IMG/VR virus record: IMGVR_UViG_3300021431_000075
Span: 480,001 to 544,000 of that record
Strand: one strand, 5' to 3'
Origin: a virus
Lineage: Duplodnaviria; Caudoviricetes
Length of the DNA stretch: 64,000 nucleotides
Position numbers and translations under genes: made by a program. Numbering within the stretch: position 1 is the first letter of the stretch; every line of letters begins with the position of its first letter. The notes under the pieces were generated by a model, which was given only the letters and a program-made list of their open reading frames with translations, was not told the DNA's origin and ran no database searches. Positions 1-9,967 of the stretch are shown piece by piece.

Positions 1-647
1 ACCGGTTTTCCTTGTTTCTTTGATTTCTTTTTCTTGCGCTTCTTTTTTGGTCTTTCGTTCTTGATGTCCACCACTGTCTGATCGAACATCCTTACTAAGT
101 TCATTCCTGTTTCATTCAGAAGATTTATGCATTCTACACAAACCATCTGGTACTCTTTCGGAGTCGTTAATATGTCTTTTGTTTCTATGTCGATGAACAG
201 GTTGTTCATATATTTCGGAAGCTCGAACCCGACCAGACCATTTTCATCAGTTTGTGTGACGATTGGCACGCATTGCTCATCGACATACATCATGAGGGCT
301 TTTGTGAATATAGTGAACGTGTATGCAAGTTTGTCATATTCAACATGGTCCACATACATATAATATACGCCTTCATCTTGTACATTGCATTCTGAAAGGA
401 ATGGCTTGTACTCGTCGCTGAATGACCAGATGTACTTGTTTTTATAGAACTCGCATATTTGGTCGATTCTTTCAATCGGAAGTTCCTTCGTTGTCTTAAG
501 CGCCCATTCATCAATCATAATGTCATACATTTCAGGCGACAAGTGAACGACTGCATTTCCTTCATCGTCTATTTCCGTATGGCTGTTTATGATTTCTTCA
601 ATGTTGAACTTTCCACCTGTATGTAGTTCGAAATCACCGATTTTCAT
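1..647 (-). CDS. Hypothetical protein, truncated at the left window edge (MKIGDFELHTGG...; Lys-rich near the edge)
   Basis: Manual translation gives an ATG at 647 just downstream of the recA/uvsX stop and a frame open to the window edge. It is absent from the ORF track because there is no stop in the window. Confidence 0.7.
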   Translation of the reverse strand, partial: MKIGDFELHTGGKFNIEEIINSHTEIDDEGNAVVHLSPEMYDIMIDEWALKTTKELPIERIDQICEFYKNKYIWSFSDEYKPFLSECNVQDEGVYYMYVDHVEYDKLAYTFTIFTKALMMYVDEQCVPIVTQTDENGLVGFELPKYMNNLFIDIETKDILTTPKEYQMVCVECINLLNETGMNLVRMFDQTVVDIKNERPKKKRKKKKSKKQGKP

Positions 648-667
648 AATTTAGCGATTAATGTTTT

Positions 668-1945
668 TTATTGTTCTTGGCTATTGTCTTCAACCTCAAC
701 GTCATTTCCAAGATCGACCAAGTCTTCCAGTTCGTCGATGATGTCGAATGATGCTTGGTCTGGTAGTTCGAATGCAGGCTTGATGACCTTTTCGTCAAGT
801 TCATGTAGGAACTCATCTGTGAAAACTTCCGGAGTCCAGAGACCTGTCAGTGGAACAGTCTTTCCAAGATGCCCGATGACAAGATTTCTTGCCGTTTCTT
901 TTTCTTGGCAGTGAAGTGTCTGACCGTTGAACTCCCAAGAGTGAATCGTATCAGAGTCGCCTCCTGCTTTCTTCCATTCAGATTCAGAGAGGATTGAACC
1001 TCGGCAAATATGTGAAGTTTCCCAGTTGATATAGCTTTCCAGCCCGATGAACTTGTTGCTTGGAGCATGGTAGCTGATTGAGAATCTCACTTTTCTTGGA
1101 ATCGTGAAACGGGACTTTTCCACTTTCGCAGTCACCAAGACGCCGCTCTTTAGAACATCATCCTTGTTTGCCGCTTTCTCTGTCGCGTCAACAGCAGCCT
1201 TGTCCTGAAGTTTCGATGGAGAGAGCATAAGCGTGACTGACGAGTTGTAGTTGATTCCTGAACCGCCGCTGACAACACTCGTAGGGACATATGCGCCGAT
1301 TGTTTGGTATATGTGGGAAATAACCACGAAGATGATTCCGTTTCTTGCCATCGGAGTTGCATTGACACGGAAAAGAGCCTTGATGTTCTGTGCGCGAGTC
1401 ATATCTCTTTTGTCGCCGGCATTATCGAGCGTGTCTGCGAGTTCCTTGGTCGAGGTCAGGTTTCCGAGCGAATCAAGAACGATAAGGAACTTGTGGGCAG
1501 AACCGTACTTTGCTCGCATATCATCAAGGTTTTTGCAAGTGTTTGCAAGAATTTCAGATACTTCGGTTACAGTGTTGACCTGCTTAATCATGACTTTCGA
1601 AGTATCAACGCCGATTCGTCTCATGAAAGACTTGTCCATCGCGCCTTCCGAGTCAAGATACAAGATATTGTAGCCTTCGTTTTGCGCCTCACGACATATG
1701 TTACAAGCAAGGAATGACTTACCTGAACCCGGAACGCCGGCAAGTGTTGTTACACGACCGGACGGGATGCCGCCGAACAGACTTCCGCTGATTGCCGCAT
1801 TCAGCAGATAGTTTCCTGTTGAAATCCATTCGTTGATGTTGCTGTATGACGATTCCTCGATGATTTCGATATTGTCATCAATTCCTTTCATCATTTCAAA
1901 CACGTCAGGTAGTTCTCCTTCTTTCGTTACTTTCTTTTTAGCCAT
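668..1945 (-). CDS. uvsX: RecA/UvsX-like recombinase
   Basis: STG..LN..ISG, GGIPSGR, Walker A GVPGSGKS, YLDSE, Walker B IVLDSLG, SGGSG; phage-type acidic C-terminal extension. Confidence 0.93.
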   Translation of the reverse strand: MAKKKVTKEGELPDVFEMMKGIDDNIEIIEESSYSNINEWISTGNYLLNAAISGSLFGGIPSGRVTTLAGVPGSGKSFLACNICREAQNEGYNILYLDSEGAMDKSFMRRIGVDTSKVMIKQVNTVTEVSEILANTCKNLDDMRAKYGSAHKFLIVLDSLGNLTSTKELADTLDNAGDKRDMTRAQNIKALFRVNATPMARNGIIFVVISHIYQTIGAYVPTSVVSGGSGINYNSSVTLMLSPSKLQDKAAVDATEKAANKDDVLKSGVLVTAKVEKSRFTIPRKVRFSISYHAPSNKFIGLESYINWETSHICRGSILSESEWKKAGGDSDTIHSWEFNGQTLHCQEKETARNLVIGHLGKTVPLTGLWTPEVFTDEFLHELDEKVIKPAFELPDQASFDIIDELEDLVDLGNDVEVEDNSQEQ

Positions 1946-2175
1946 TTTCTGAAAAAGTTTTTGAGTTTCAAGAATATGTTTATATTACGTTTATGTTTAT
2001 GATTGTTGTCATTGCTGTTTTCTTTTAGTTGCTTGATGGTCTTGTCGTTTGTCTTGATGCCGTCAAGACTCATCATTTCTTTATACATCTCGTTGACATA
2101 GATGTTGAGATTTTGCCGGCTGTCTTGGATGGAACCGGCTTGAATTGTGCCTTGTGTATGTTTTCGAGATGGCAT
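1927..2175 (-). CDS. Small hypothetical protein
   Basis: 82-aa ORF between a class-II promoter (2204-2234) and uvsX, overlapping the uvsX start. Confidence 0.4.
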   Translation of the reverse strand: MPSRKHTQGTIQAGSIQDSRQNLNIYVNEMYKEMMSLDGIKTNDKTIKQLKENSNDNNHKHKRNINIFLKLKNFFRKWLKRK

Positions 2176-2203
2176 GCGATAAAAGAAACCATTAAGTCAA
2201 AAG

Positions 2204-2234
2204 AGTATACTTGATATTGTTTGTTTAGTTTAAA
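2204..2234 (-). promoter_or_regulatory. Phage class-II promoter TTTAAAC-N18-TATACT
   Basis: Same motif and spacing at 8 intergenic sites; upstream of the uvsX operon. Confidence 0.75.
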
Positions 2235-2292
2235 AATCTTCAAACTAAAATTATAAAAATTTCCACAAAGTCAAATTCAAGAAAATGCATAA

Positions 2293-2301
2293 TGATAAAT
2301 A
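2293..2301 (+). promoter_or_regulatory. Late-promoter-like TGATAAATA
   Basis: Recurrent motif upstream of virion-type genes; resembles the T4 late promoter TATAAATA. Confidence 0.6.
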
Positions 2302-2427
2302 CAAAAAGCGAGCTGAACGTGTTTCGGCTTTGCGAAAAACGGAAAAACACATACTATTATATGTTGTTTCCGAGAGATTCGGAAAACCGAAACTAACCAA
2401 TTAAAAAACCAACAATTCACTTAATAA

Positions 2428-3219
2428 ATGGATACTGTTGAAATGTTTTATGGCGACTCGCCGCTTGTTAAAGTATCTTTCTCTTATGGAACCATAGAAG
2501 AAGCAGCAAACGACTTGACTCCGGGTGCTTTGTCTTTCGGCTATGATGAAGCAACTAAGGCTGGTGCTGTTTTCAGAGTTGGAAAACTCGTCTCATCAAA
2601 GGTTCTTGATGTTGTCATTTCTGATACAGAGACTGATGGTGTCGGTCTTGTGTCTGTCAAGTATATTGACTATGATGGAACCGTAAAGGTACACACGTTC
2701 AATTCTGTTTCAGAAAGTAAGATTAACGAACTCTCTCAGCAGATTGGCGAAGCAGGGAATACTTACACGCAAGGAAGATTTATTGTCATTTCTGACGAAA
2801 ATGAAATTAGTGTCAACTACGATGAACTGTACCAGAGTGTTAAGGATGAACTGGAAAATGACGGAATCGGAAGCGCAGATGCAATCATCGAGGCTTTCGG
2901 TAACAGACTTGCTGCGATAGAAGATGGTTATGTCAGTGGTATTGAAGAAGAAGTTGTCGAGGGTAATGACTACACGACCGTTAAGTTCACTACGAAGTCA
3001 AAGGAAGATGCTGCGTCTGAACCGACTGTTTCAACTGTGGAGATAAAGTCTCCGAATGCTGACTTTTATAACAAGGTCAATGATGCGATTGCTGAAATTG
3101 AAAGTCTCGATACTTCGGTGAACGCACGTTTGGGAGAGATAGAAAACGAGATAGAAAGCATTGACGTGAACACACTTGAGTGGATGAATGTTCACGACTT
3201 GCTGGAAAATTATGATTGA
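2428..3219 (+). CDS. Putative virion fibre/adaptor protein (paralog 1)
   Basis: Shares the N-terminal module (FGYDEAT..G....G..VSSKVLD) with the next two ORFs; acidic coiled coil; L-x-W near the C-terminus. Confidence 0.6.
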   Translation: MDTVEMFYGDSPLVKVSFSYGTIEEAANDLTPGALSFGYDEATKAGAVFRVGKLVSSKVLDVVISDTETDGVGLVSVKYIDYDGTVKVHTFNSVSESKINELSQQIGEAGNTYTQGRFIVISDENEISVNYDELYQSVKDELENDGIGSADAIIEAFGNRLAAIEDGYVSGIEEEVVEGNDYTTVKFTTKSKEDAASEPTVSTVEIKSPNADFYNKVNDAIAEIESLDTSVNARLGEIENEIESIDVNTLEWMNVHDLLENYD

Positions 3220-3260
3220 TTACGAAATACACAAAATGCTATAAAATATAAATTCTAATA

Positions 3261-5177
3261 ATGCTTATGAATTCAAAAAATTTGATTCTTAAGAACATAA
3301 TTGACACAGAACCGGTGCTTGGTGCTGCTCCTTCAAATTCGAATGTTGTTAAGTTCGCGTTTACAGAGAATGCATCAAAGATTGCAACTGCGGAACAGGG
3401 TCAGATTTTGTTCTCACATATTCCTGCACTTGGCATTGATGGTTCTACCGGTGTTATATATGTAGGCGACCAGATTGTATCGTCTAAAGTTCTTGATGCT
3501 TCGTTTGTTGATCATTATGTTGAAGGCACAGTAAGCGGTACATATCTTTACGATAATGGTTTGTATTATGCAGATAATGACGAAAACATACCTACAGGTG
3601 TTAATAAAGTTGCAAAACAGACTGTTACTGTTCAGTATGTCAATGTTGCAAATGCTGTTGTTAGTGCATCGTTTGACAATGTTAATCCTGAGCTTGCACA
3701 GGCATTTGTAAAGGCACAGGCTGCTGCTGATGCTGAACGTTTGAACGACCTTGATGCTTCGGTAACGGAAATCAAGACATTTATTAAGAGTGATGCGGTT
3801 GTAACTGCTGCTGACAATTCTTCAAATGCTGTTATTGTTAATCATAGTGATGATACAAATGGTTATACATCTTACACTGTTGATGTTAAGGTAGATGATA
3901 AAACTATTAAGATTGACGGTACTTCTAAGGCAATTAAGGCTCCTAAGAGTATTGATGTTTCTGCTGGTGGAACTGGCGAAGAAGGAAAGAACTTCATCGT
4001 TTTGAAGAATGCCAATGGAGAAATAGAGAGTGCTATTGATGTTGCTAATATTATTGGTAACGGTATTGTACAGTCTGCTACTTATAATCCGGCAGATAAT
4101 AAACTCACAATCGTTTGGACTACTGCAACTGGTGATCAGGATACCGTAATTGATTTGGGTGCTTTGCTTGACATCAATGACGTGTTTATTGCAAATGATT
4201 CATCTGCTTATCTTGGCGTTACTCTTTCTGCAAGTACAATGACTCTTGCTACAAAAGTTCAAGACATTTCTACTGCTGATAAAGATAATACTGGTTTGCT
4301 TGATGCTTCTACAACTAAGACTTGGATTCTTGACCAGTTGAAAAATACAGAAATTGATGCTGCTGGTGACGACTATATTGATGTATCTATTGATTCCGAA
4401 AATAACAAGAAGGTTAATGTTTCTGCAAATGTTGCAGATTTGGAATATACAGCGGCTACAGCTTCTTCACATGCAACGTTGAGCGGAACTGTAAACACTC
4501 TTGTCGATGGTAGTCAAGCAGCAACTGCAATTTCCAATTTTGTAAACGGTAGATTGGATGCTTCTATTTCTGCTCTTGATGCAGAACAAAGCGGTAAGGA
4601 TGTAAATGTTAGTGTCGGTGTTACAGAAGTTGATGGTGTCATTACAGATGTTACAGTTACAGAAACTTATGCTACTGTTAGTTATACAGATAATGATACT
4701 ACATCTTGGAGTGTTACAACTCCTGCTGGTCTTGTTACTGGTAACGATCTTAACACATTGAAGAATTATGTAGATGACAAAGTTGAAGCTGCTGATTCGT
4801 CAGTTACTGTTAAAGAAAAAGAAACAGGAAATTATGTTTCCGTAACGATTGCAGAACTTGATGGTAAGTTAGATCAAGCAACTTCTTCAATGAGTGTTAC
4901 TTATGCAGATTATGCTAATACAACTGCTGGTATCGCAACTGACGCTTATGTAACTGCAGCAATTCAAGCTCTTGATCTTGCTTCTACCGCTACTGGTGCA
5001 AGTGCTCATGATGCAAGTTCTTTGGTAACAGTTACTATTTCTGAGACTGATGGTATCGTTAATATGAATAGTGTTGAAGTTAAGGTACATGAAGTTGCTA
5101 CTGCATCGGCTGACACTGACGGTCTTGCAACTGCAAAGGCTGTTAAGGATGCTCTTACTTGGTCTATTATTTCATAA
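3261..5177 (+). CDS. Putative tail/head fibre protein (paralog 2)
   Basis: Ala/Thr/Asp/Val-rich fibre-like repeats (VDDKTI, ITDVTV, GLATAKAVKD); shared N-terminal module; ends ALTWSIIS. Confidence 0.7.
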   Translation: MLMNSKNLILKNIIDTEPVLGAAPSNSNVVKFAFTENASKIATAEQGQILFSHIPALGIDGSTGVIYVGDQIVSSKVLDASFVDHYVEGTVSGTYLYDNGLYYADNDENIPTGVNKVAKQTVTVQYVNVANAVVSASFDNVNPELAQAFVKAQAAADAERLNDLDASVTEIKTFIKSDAVVTAADNSSNAVIVNHSDDTNGYTSYTVDVKVDDKTIKIDGTSKAIKAPKSIDVSAGGTGEEGKNFIVLKNANGEIESAIDVANIIGNGIVQSATYNPADNKLTIVWTTATGDQDTVIDLGALLDINDVFIANDSSAYLGVTLSASTMTLATKVQDISTADKDNTGLLDASTTKTWILDQLKNTEIDAAGDDYIDVSIDSENNKKVNVSANVADLEYTAATASSHATLSGTVNTLVDGSQAATAISNFVNGRLDASISALDAEQSGKDVNVSVGVTEVDGVITDVTVTETYATVSYTDNDTTSWSVTTPAGLVTGNDLNTLKNYVDDKVEAADSSVTVKEKETGNYVSVTIAELDGKLDQATSSMSVTYADYANTTAGIATDAYVTAAIQALDLASTATGASAHDASSLVTVTISETDGIVNMNSVEVKVHEVATASADTDGLATAKAVKDALTWSIIS

Positions 5178-5198
5178 AAAACTAATAATTTATTATAC

Positions 5199-5230
5199 AA
5201 AAGAGATGCAATAGAAATTGCATCTCTTTT
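5199..5230 (+). terminator. Rho-independent terminator
   Basis: AAAAGAGATGCAAT-AGAA-ATTGCATCTCTTTT hairpin followed by a T run. Confidence 0.8.
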
Positions 5231-5261
5231 TTTTATAGTCATTTTTGAGAAATGCGGAAAA

Positions 5262-5269
5262 GATAAATA
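5262..5269 (+). promoter_or_regulatory. Late-promoter-like GATAAATA
   Basis: About 30 nt upstream of the ORF starting at 5298. Confidence 0.6.
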
Positions 5270-5297
5270 TAAAAAGTAAAAAGTTATTCCAATAAAA

Positions 5298-6866
5298 ATG
5301 ATTCACAAACATTCGATAACAAAGAATATATTGGACGCAACTCCCGTGATTCTCGGTGCCGCACAAGGAAGCGATATGGTTACGTTTGCTTATGGTTCAC
5401 TCACAAAAGCACTCAATAGAACACAAAGTGGTGAAATCGAATTCGGTTATGATGAAGCAACTGGCGGTGGTCAGATTCTTGTCGGTGGTACGCCTGTGAC
5501 ATCCAAGATTCTCGACATTACATCTGTTCAGAAAGCAAATGCTTCTACAGGTGTAAAAACTATTACATTTACTTATGTAGATCCTGAACAAAAAGCAGGC
5601 ACTGGTAAAAGTACTTCAACATTTGAAGTAGTTGACGAGGCTGCCGCTAAGAGTTTTGTTACAGATTTAAGTACTGCACTTATCGGTGCTGCTAATGATG
5701 CATCCAGTCTTGATACAATTAATGCTGCTAAGAACTATGCAAAAGCCGCAGGTTGGACTATTGCTTATGATAATACTACTGATTCAAACAACCCAGTAAT
5801 TCAGTTGAAGAGTCAAGGTGGTACAGTAATTTCATCTATTTCAGCCAAAGCCTTTATCAAGGACGGTATGCTCAATTCAGCTACATTAGTTACTGAAAAA
5901 ACTGGTGAGGCGGCAGGTTCTGGTCCTTGGATTAAACTTACTTGGAATACAGATGCCGGTAAGGAAGATACTTATATTAATGTTCATTCGCTTGTTGATA
6001 CTTATACGACTGACAGAACAGACCAATTGTCAATTAGTGGTTATAAGATTAATCCTATAACTGCTGATCCTGCTGATTTGACAACCGGTACTCTTGATAG
6101 TTCAGCACTTGCTACTGCTGGACAAGTTAAGGCATATGTTGACGCAAAAGTTTCTGATAAGAATGTATCTGCTACTGGTGAAACTGGTGATAGTGCTCTT
6201 GTTACTGCATCTGCTAATAACAATGCAGTTACTGTTGGTTCTACTACAAAACTTCAGACTGCTGTTGATCTTGCTGAAACTGCTGTTCAGACTATATCAG
6301 AAGGTTCAAGCACCGAATCATATGTTGCTCTTACTGTTGGCACAAAGACAGATAGAGCTGTTGCAATCTCAATCAGTGATGCTGCTCTTGTAACAAAGAT
6401 TAATGCAATGGATGTATCTATTAACAATAACAATGCATCTATTGTTAGTCTTAATACATCAGTTAATGGATTAGAAACAAAAGTAAATGGTGGCTTATCA
6501 ACAGACAATGCAGATACTTATGTTAATGTTGCAATTGATTCTACAAATAAGTTCAAGATTGATGTAACTTCAAAAGAACCGCTTATAACTGCTGTTGCAA
6601 ATGCAAATAGTGCGGTTCAAAATGGTTCTGTTGGTACAAACGCAAAAGGGTTCTTGACTAATTCAAAAGGTACAGCAGGTACTGCTGATTCATCTAATTT
6701 GATTGTTAATTTTGTTAATGCTCCTATTAACACTTCTGCTAATCTTGGTGATTTGGGTTCTGGTGAAGGTACTACAACATTAGTAACTGCAAGAGCAATC
6801 AAGGATTTCGTAGATTCAAAGACTTCTGCTGCACTCAGTTGGATTATGCTTGACCCGCAATCATAA
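5298..6866 (+). CDS. Putative tail/head fibre protein (paralog 3)
   Basis: FIKDGML..., LATAGQVKAYVD fibre-like motifs; shared N-terminal module; ends ALSWIMLDPQS. Confidence 0.7.
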   Translation: MIHKHSITKNILDATPVILGAAQGSDMVTFAYGSLTKALNRTQSGEIEFGYDEATGGGQILVGGTPVTSKILDITSVQKANASTGVKTITFTYVDPEQKAGTGKSTSTFEVVDEAAAKSFVTDLSTALIGAANDASSLDTINAAKNYAKAAGWTIAYDNTTDSNNPVIQLKSQGGTVISSISAKAFIKDGMLNSATLVTEKTGEAAGSGPWIKLTWNTDAGKEDTYINVHSLVDTYTTDRTDQLSISGYKINPITADPADLTTGTLDSSALATAGQVKAYVDAKVSDKNVSATGETGDSALVTASANNNAVTVGSTTKLQTAVDLAETAVQTISEGSSTESYVALTVGTKTDRAVAISISDAALVTKINAMDVSINNNNASIVSLNTSVNGLETKVNGGLSTDNADTYVNVAIDSTNKFKIDVTSKEPLITAVANANSAVQNGSVGTNAKGFLTNSKGTAGTADSSNLIVNFVNAPINTSANLGDLGSGEGTTTLVTARAIKDFVDSKTSAALSWIMLDPQS

Positions 6867-6895
6867 TTCTTAATCAAAGTACATAATACTCACAC

Positions 6896-6928
6896 AAAGG
6901 CTTGCAATTTCAAAACTTGCAAGCCTTT
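6896..6928 (+). terminator. Rho-independent terminator
   Basis: AAAGGCTTGCAA...TTGCAAGCCTTT inverted repeat. Confidence 0.75.
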
Positions 6929-6993
6929 CTTAATTATTGTTAAATTTATTATCTTTTATATGTTCATCTCAATGTTTTCTTGATTTTTATTAT

Positions 6994-7001
6994 TATATTT
7001 G
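6994..7001 (+). promoter_or_regulatory. Bacteroidota sigma-A -7 element (TATATTTG)
   Basis: Matches TAnnTTTG, 29 nt upstream of the ATG at 7030. Confidence 0.6.
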
Positions 7002-7029
7002 CACAATCAATCTTAAACTCAAAAGAACA

Positions 7030-7698
7030 ATGGTATTTACAGACGAACAACTATTAGATATGAAGAACGAGTACATCTCGCTTCTTCGCTCGACAAACAG
7101 GAAAGGAATCGAGAACCTGATTAACTGGCTTGACACGAAGTCGGATTTTTTCTATGCTCCTGCCAGCACATACTATCACAACTCTGTCAAAGGCGGTCTT
7201 GTGAACCACTCTCTTAATGTCTATAAGGCAGCAAAGCACATTCTTGAAGGAGCCAAGCTTCTTGCAATTCCGGAAAAGAACATCAGTTCGATAACAGAAG
7301 ATTCCCTTATCATCTGCACACTTCTCCATGACTTATGCAAGACCAATTTTTATTCTCCTGTTCAGAAAGTCTGGAAAGACGAGTCGCTTCCATCTCCGCA
7401 ATGCTGGAAGAAGTACATGTCATATGAAATCAAGGACCGATTCCCTGTCGGACACGGTGAGAAGTCTGTCATCATGGCACAAGTCTTCATATCGCTCACT
7501 GCTTCTGAAATCTGTGCAATCAGGTGGCATATGGGTTTCACAGACTGCGGTTCATTTCTCTCTCCATATGAGAAGCCTGCGCTCATGGCTGCAATGAATG
7601 ACATTCCGCTTGTCGGAATCGTTGCGGAAGCAGACCACTTTGCATCGTTCATGATGGAACCTGAAATCAACCAGAAAGTTGATTGTCAAGTTTTCTAA
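7030..7698 (+). CDS. HD-domain phosphohydrolase
   Basis: APAS..YH, GGLVNHSLNV, LLHDLCK, HGEKS, IRWHMG, EADH; the ATG at 7030 (MVFTD) is preferred over the 6937 TTG. Confidence 0.85.
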   Translation: MVFTDEQLLDMKNEYISLLRSTNRKGIENLINWLDTKSDFFYAPASTYYHNSVKGGLVNHSLNVYKAAKHILEGAKLLAIPEKNISSITEDSLIICTLLHDLCKTNFYSPVQKVWKDESLPSPQCWKKYMSYEIKDRFPVGHGEKSVIMAQVFISLTASEICAIRWHMGFTDCGSFLSPYEKPALMAAMNDIPLVGIVAEADHFASFMMEPEINQKVDCQVF

Positions 7699-7722
7699 CT
7701 AACTTATAACTAACCAATTAAA

Positions 7723-7753
7723 AAAGAGACTTCGTTTTTTTTGAAGTCTCTTT
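7723..7753. terminator. Bidirectional terminator between convergent genes
   Basis: AAAGAGACTTC...GAAGTCTCTTT inverted repeat with flanking A/T runs. Confidence 0.75.
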
Positions 7754-7758
7754 ATTTT

Positions 7759-7830
7759 TTAGGCGAGAGCATCGCATAATAAGGCTTTGCTTTTTTCAAG
7801 AGTTTGTTCGCATTTCTCTTTATAATCCAT
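7759..7830 (-). pseudogene. Micro-ORF or gene remnant MDYKEKCEQTLEKSKALLCDALA
   Basis: 23-codon ORF read manually, ending at the terminator. Confidence 0.3.
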
Positions 7831-7843
7831 AATTATTTTGTTT

Positions 7844-8230
7844 TTAAAAGCTATACATATCCTTTGGAGCTTCTAATGCAAGACCTTTTTGAATAAGCCC
7901 TCTATAATCGAGGAAATGAGCGTTAAGCCAATCTATAAATAATGAAGCGTCATATGCATGATTAATTCTTGTTAAGTAAAAATTGTATTGAGACTTTTCC
8001 TCCTCAGTCATTGACGAAATGGTTCTAAGATAAGGCTTAATCTCACTTATTTTATAAAAAGTATATGGGGTGAAATTAGAATCGCTAACAGGCGAAACTT
8101 GTATATTTTTGTGGCTAACCGACTCAATATATGCATCATATTTGATAGTTCCGTCAGTTACGGACACAATTATACCATATGAATATCTTGCACTGAGGTC
8201 TTTCAACAATTCTCTTTCTTCTTGTGTCAT
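7844..8230 (-). CDS. Hypothetical phage protein
   Basis: 128-aa ORF with IKPYLR.ISSMTEEE and DYRGLI.KGLALEAP motifs recalled from Bacteroidota phage hypotheticals. Confidence 0.75.
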   Translation of the reverse strand: MTQEERELLKDLSARYSYGIIVSVTDGTIKYDAYIESVSHKNIQVSPVSDSNFTPYTFYKISEIKPYLRTISSMTEEEKSQYNFYLTRINHAYDASLFIDWLNAHFLDYRGLIQKGLALEAPKDMYSF

Positions 8231-8243
8231 AATTTATGTTACA

Positions 8244-8435
8244 TTAGTTGATTTTATTATATAATTCTACTAATGCTTCTTCCCACAATATAACATCATC
8301 ACCACACAATCTGATTGGTTTTAATTTATACATTGGTTCAATTGGACCATAAGATATTTCATATATCTCCAACGGTATCGTATCTCGTGTATGTTTTTTA
8401 GTGAACATGTCACCAATTTTAAATTTGCTTTCCAT
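8244..8435 (-). CDS. Small hypothetical protein (KFKIGD start)
   Basis: 63-aa ORF whose start overlaps the methyltransferase stop. Confidence 0.65.
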   Translation of the reverse strand: MESKFKIGDMFTKKHTRDTIPLEIYEISYGPIEPMYKLKPIRLCGDDVILWEEALVELYNKIN

Positions 8436-9421
8436 TATTTCTCATTATTTTTAACTCTCTTGACAACCAGTCTTTTGAATTTGCATTTGCCGTTCAATAT
8501 CGGTTTCGCAAAGTCATAGTTCTCTTGATTCACTCCGCCGTTCAGTTGTCCGAGTATTTCAAACAGAATGTCATTTCCATATGAATCCACAAAGTTGATA
8601 TAACCAAATTCGTTCAACTTGTCGAATGATGTTATCGGAACTCCCATCACTTCATAGTAGTCAACAGGAATCTCTGCCATCGAATTGACATTTATCGCGT
8701 CATAAGTGTCATATTTTGGATAGTCATCTGGATTGAACTTCTTTGTCAATATGGTTTTCTTCATTTTAGGGAACTCATAGTCAAGTGTCGTGAACCATCT
8801 CACTCCTTTAACCCTGATGAATCTTCTTCCTTCTGAATCAACTCCGCAACTTGTCCCGTCAAGCGGATAGTCATCCGGGATATAGAACTTGCGGTCTCCG
8901 CTGTGGATTGTTCCGCCGTACTTCAGTTTTCCGTCAACAACATTGCAGAATATGCCCTTGTATGTCAATGCATTCATATTTCCGAGAATGATGAAGTCTT
9001 TTTCCATCTTTAGAAGCATTGCCATGAACTCGCCGGAACGAGAGAACGGAGGATTCGTAACGATGATGTCTGCAGTCTTGATAAGTTCCGCAACTTCTTG
9101 CCCCATCATGTCGAATATGTTTTCAGTTAAACGTTCTCTGATAGAAAACTTGTCGATTTCAGCAAAGGTTCCCGCATTCTCTCCGTAAGATGTTGCAATC
9201 AGTTTCTTTAGTCCAAGTTCCTTGAACTTGTCCTTGAAGAACTTATAGAAGTTGCTGAATCTATAATCATCGCACGGACAATATACAATCTTTTCATTAA
9301 ACAAGTTCTTGTACAAAGTCATCTCTTTTTCAATGTCCTCGTACATCGTATAGAACTCGTCCGCCTTGTTTGTTCTTGCGGTTCTCAGGTTCTCGTTCGT
9401 CTTGTCTGTATTTCTCGGCAT
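8435..9421 (-). CDS. Adenine-specific DNA methyltransferase, EcoRI-methylase-like family
   Basis: DEFYT.YEDIEKE, VYCPCDD, ADIIVTNPPFS, YPKYD.YDAINV, MGVPIT; no restriction endonuclease nearby. Confidence 0.88.
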   Translation of the reverse strand: MPRNTDKTNENLRTARTNKADEFYTMYEDIEKEMTLYKNLFNEKIVYCPCDDYRFSNFYKFFKDKFKELGLKKLIATSYGENAGTFAEIDKFSIRERLTENIFDMMGQEVAELIKTADIIVTNPPFSRSGEFMAMLLKMEKDFIILGNMNALTYKGIFCNVVDGKLKYGGTIHSGDRKFYIPDDYPLDGTSCGVDSEGRRFIRVKGVRWFTTLDYEFPKMKKTILTKKFNPDDYPKYDTYDAINVNSMAEIPVDYYEVMGVPITSFDKLNEFGYINFVDSYGNDILFEILGQLNGGVNQENYDFAKPILNGKCKFKRLVVKRVKNNEK

Positions 9422-9432
9422 ATCTTATTAGA

Positions 9433-9921
9433 TTAGAATAGAGGGTCTGATGCAACTTCGTCGATTCTTTCGCTCATTCCCATGTTCGTGTAATAGTCAT
9501 CAAGTATCTCTGTTTTCATCTTGCATGATATGACTTTCTTTACGATGTAGTCATAGTTGAAGTCAAAGAATTCATTGATTGCTATGACTATCTCATATGC
9601 TGACAGAGTCTTTATCTTGGATAGATGTTCTTTCATGTAGTAGAACACCTTTGAGATATCTTCCTTCGGAATCTTGATTATTTTCGTTTCCTTGTCTGTA
9701 TAAGCTTCTGCGAATGGAGAGTTCTTGTATATCTCGTACAACTTGTTTGCTGTGTCTATCCTGTCTTGGTCAAGACTGATATCTTCTGTTATCGAGTAGT
9801 CATAACGGTCATACACCATCGGAGAAATCGCGATGGTCGAGTTGTTTAGCGATTCTGCATCTATTCCGCCGGTGAAGTAACCGTCGTTGCTTAACATCTT
9901 GGTCGTATTAATTCTTCCCAT
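9433..9921 (-). CDS. Hypothetical protein, possibly a T4 gp33-like late transcription co-activator
   Basis: C-terminal IVIAINEFFDFNYDYIVKKVISCKMKTEIL resembles the gp33 helical pattern by eye; follows the helicase. Confidence 0.4.
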   Translation of the reverse strand: MGRINTTKMLSNDGYFTGGIDAESLNNSTIAISPMVYDRYDYSITEDISLDQDRIDTANKLYEIYKNSPFAEAYTDKETKIIKIPKEDISKVFYYMKEHLSKIKTLSAYEIVIAINEFFDFNYDYIVKKVISCKMKTEILDDYYTNMGMSERIDEVASDPLF

Positions 9922-9967
9922 TTCTCATATGAGTCGATTTTTTTAAATAGATATGTTGTGTATTTAA

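Noticed and set aside
6937-7029. N-terminal extension of the HD protein given in the ORF track
   Set aside because: It starts at a TTG and spans the AT-rich promoter region; the ATG at 7030 is more plausible.
8435-9421. Complete restriction-modification system
   Set aside because: No adjacent endonuclease-like ORF; the neighbours are small phage hypotheticals.
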